Shown piece after piece: positions 62,358-64,000 of a stretch of DNA of 64,000 bases. Every line of letters starts with the position of its first letter. Position 1 is the first letter of the stretch. The notes below the pieces were generated by a model, which ran no database searches, was not told the origin of the DNA, and saw only the letters and a list, made by a program, of their open reading frames with translations. A program made the position numbers and the translations under genes. The stretch comes from an uncultured Acidobacteriota bacterium (lineage in GTDB: Bacteria > Acidobacteriota > Terriglobia > UBA7540), in NCBI GenBank assembly GCA_963804995.1, contig CAWDSK010000003.1:160001-224000 (forward strand), written 5' to 3'.

Positions 62358-63542
62358 TCACGCCTTGGTAAGGAAAATCGGCAGGCCCTTCTTGTTGGCG
62401 TAATTGGGCAGGTAACTCCGGGTATCGTACATATTCTCAACGTCCACCCGGCGCGGTCCCAATTTCGGATCGGGGATCGGCACCATGGCGAAACACCCAT
62501 GGTTGATCGCCGTCATCATGCCGTGCTCGCCCTTTTCAATGCAATCCGTGGCCATGCTGGCGAACGTGGACGCCACCAGTTTATCGATGAAATCGGGGCT
62601 GCCACTGCGCAACTCATAGGTCAGGTCGCTGACCACTGTCTCCTGCCCCGAGGCCTGCTTGATTTCGTCGCTTAAATCTTCGCCCACGTTGGCCTTCTTG
62701 CGATGCCCGAAGGCGTCAGCTTCACCATACTCCTTAACGTTGTAGCCTTCCCACTCGGCGCCTTCCGAAAGCACTACCATCGAGTAATTGCTGGGATTCT
62801 CCTTCTTATCTTCGATCAGCAATTCAATCATGTGCTGCAGGTTGAACTTGTATTCCGGAATCCCGCAACGCAGCCCCCCGACGTAGGCCGTATACAGCGA
62901 TGTGTACCCGGCATCGCGGCCGAAAACACGGAACACGCCGATGCGCTCGTGCGAGCCCACCGTGGTGCGCTGCCGGTCAATGGCGTCCATGGCGCGGGTG
63001 ATGGCGGTGGAAAATCCGATGCAGTACTCCGTATTACGCACATCGTTATCCATGGTCTTGGGAACGGCGATCACCTTCACGCCTTCCTTGTCGAGCCGCG
63101 CGGCGTAGCTCAGCGTATCGTCACCGCCGATGGCCACCAGGTAGTCGAGGCCGAGCGCTCCGACGTTCTTGAGCACCTGCGCGGTGATGTCATAGACGAT
63201 CGAGGTCACACCCTTCTTGGTGCTCTCCGATTTCGGGAAAGTACCGCTTGCGCAGACCGGCGGCAACTTTTTCATCTTGGCCGGATTGGTGCGCGAAGTG
63301 TGCAGAAACGTGCCGCCCGTGCGGTCGATGGTGCGGGTGTTGTTGCGGTCGAGAGGAAGTATGTAACGCTCCCGGCTGGCGGGGTCCGCCAGGTCGACGT
63401 GCGTCAACCCTTCCCACCCGCGCCGGATGCCGATGACCTCGCAGTCGATCTCGCTGCCTCGATAGACAACCGTCTTGATGACGGAATTCAATCCGGGCAC
63501 ATCACCGCCCCCGGTGAGAATCCCGATACGCTTTGCCGCCAT
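62358..63542 (-). CDS. pfkA: 6-phosphofructokinase with PPi-type signature
   Basis: LTGGGDVPGLN, GGTFLHTSR, GGDDT, PKTMDND. Confidence 0.9.
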   Translation of the reverse strand: MAAKRIGILTGGGDVPGLNSVIKTVVYRGSEIDCEVIGIRRGWEGLTHVDLADPASRERYILPLDRNNTRTIDRTGGTFLHTSRTNPAKMKKLPPVCASGTFPKSESTKKGVTSIVYDITAQVLKNVGALGLDYLVAIGGDDTLSYAARLDKEGVKVIAVPKTMDNDVRNTEYCIGFSTAITRAMDAIDRQRTTVGSHERIGVFRVFGRDAGYTSLYTAYVGGLRCGIPEYKFNLQHMIELLIEDKKENPSNYSMVVLSEGAEWEGYNVKEYGEADAFGHRKKANVGEDLSDEIKQASGQETVVSDLTYELRSGSPDFIDKLVASTFASMATDCIEKGEHGMMTAINHGCFAMVPIPDPKLGPRRVDVENMYDTRSYLPNYANKKGLPIFLTKA

Positions 63543-64000
63543 GATTGCTCCTTGTAACTATGAGATTTGAACCCGCTCCCAGGGATGTGATTCGCGCTTC
63601 CTGGAGCGTAGAAGTTTACACCGCGCGGGAGCGTTTGGGAACCATGGTGCGGAGAACTACTGCGGAGCAAAACTCTGATTTCTGGTTTCTCAGCAAGGAT
63701 ATTGCGCACGTCGTAGGGGTCGCCGCGGCTGAAAGTCCGCCGATCTTAATGGCGCACGAGCGTTCGGCCGGGGCCAGCGCCGCCCCGGCGTCCGAAGCCA
63801 GCTCCGGGGCGCAGGGCGCTCTCCCCTACGTGTTGGGTTGCTGCTCCCCTGCGTTACAACTGCGGGGCAGTGAAAGTTGGCGTGAGGGCCGGCGGTGGGA
63901 AAATCTGCACACCCAGCCCGGCGAAAGATGGGGAGGTCAGGCCCGGCATCACGGGTTGTCCCACTTGACTTTTGCAGGGGGACAATTCGTCAAATTGGGA

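Overview
A GC-rich bacterial chromosomal segment, most likely Acidobacteriota/Terriglobia (inferred from an Acidobacteria-type VWA protein and general gene content). It carries a glycoside-hydrolase-like gene, two convergent VapBC toxin-antitoxin pairs, a cobalamin-riboswitch-led btuFCD operon, a Lon-N protein, an AAA+/VWA/thioredoxin-fold operon next to tRNA-Sec (selC), mdtABC plus an outer membrane factor, galU, an intact IS1634-family element, tsaD, TolC and a MacAB-like exporter, amidohydrolases, hydantoinase A/B, glycosylasparaginase, a large CPBP protease, a cytochrome bd-like CydA-cytochrome c/CydA' pair, an ACE-like M2 peptidase, a PhyH dioxygenase and a PPi-type phosphofructokinase. 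The main observations are: (1) a probable unannotated selenoprotein (KPG-UGA-GSKS with a SECIS-like hairpin) about 280 bp from tRNA-Sec; (2) a vapBC cassette bracketed by a 123-bp duplicate of the btuD 3' end in which all 9 differences are synonymous; (3) one palindromic repeat found both free and inside two different MITE end types, with repeats also inside coding sequences; (4) a rod-shaped 6S-like ncRNA candidate; (5) a degenerate ECF sigma factor fused to a zinc-binding anti-sigma domain. Three genes have single-base indels that may be assembly errors. All calls come from reading the sequence by eye; no database search was run.
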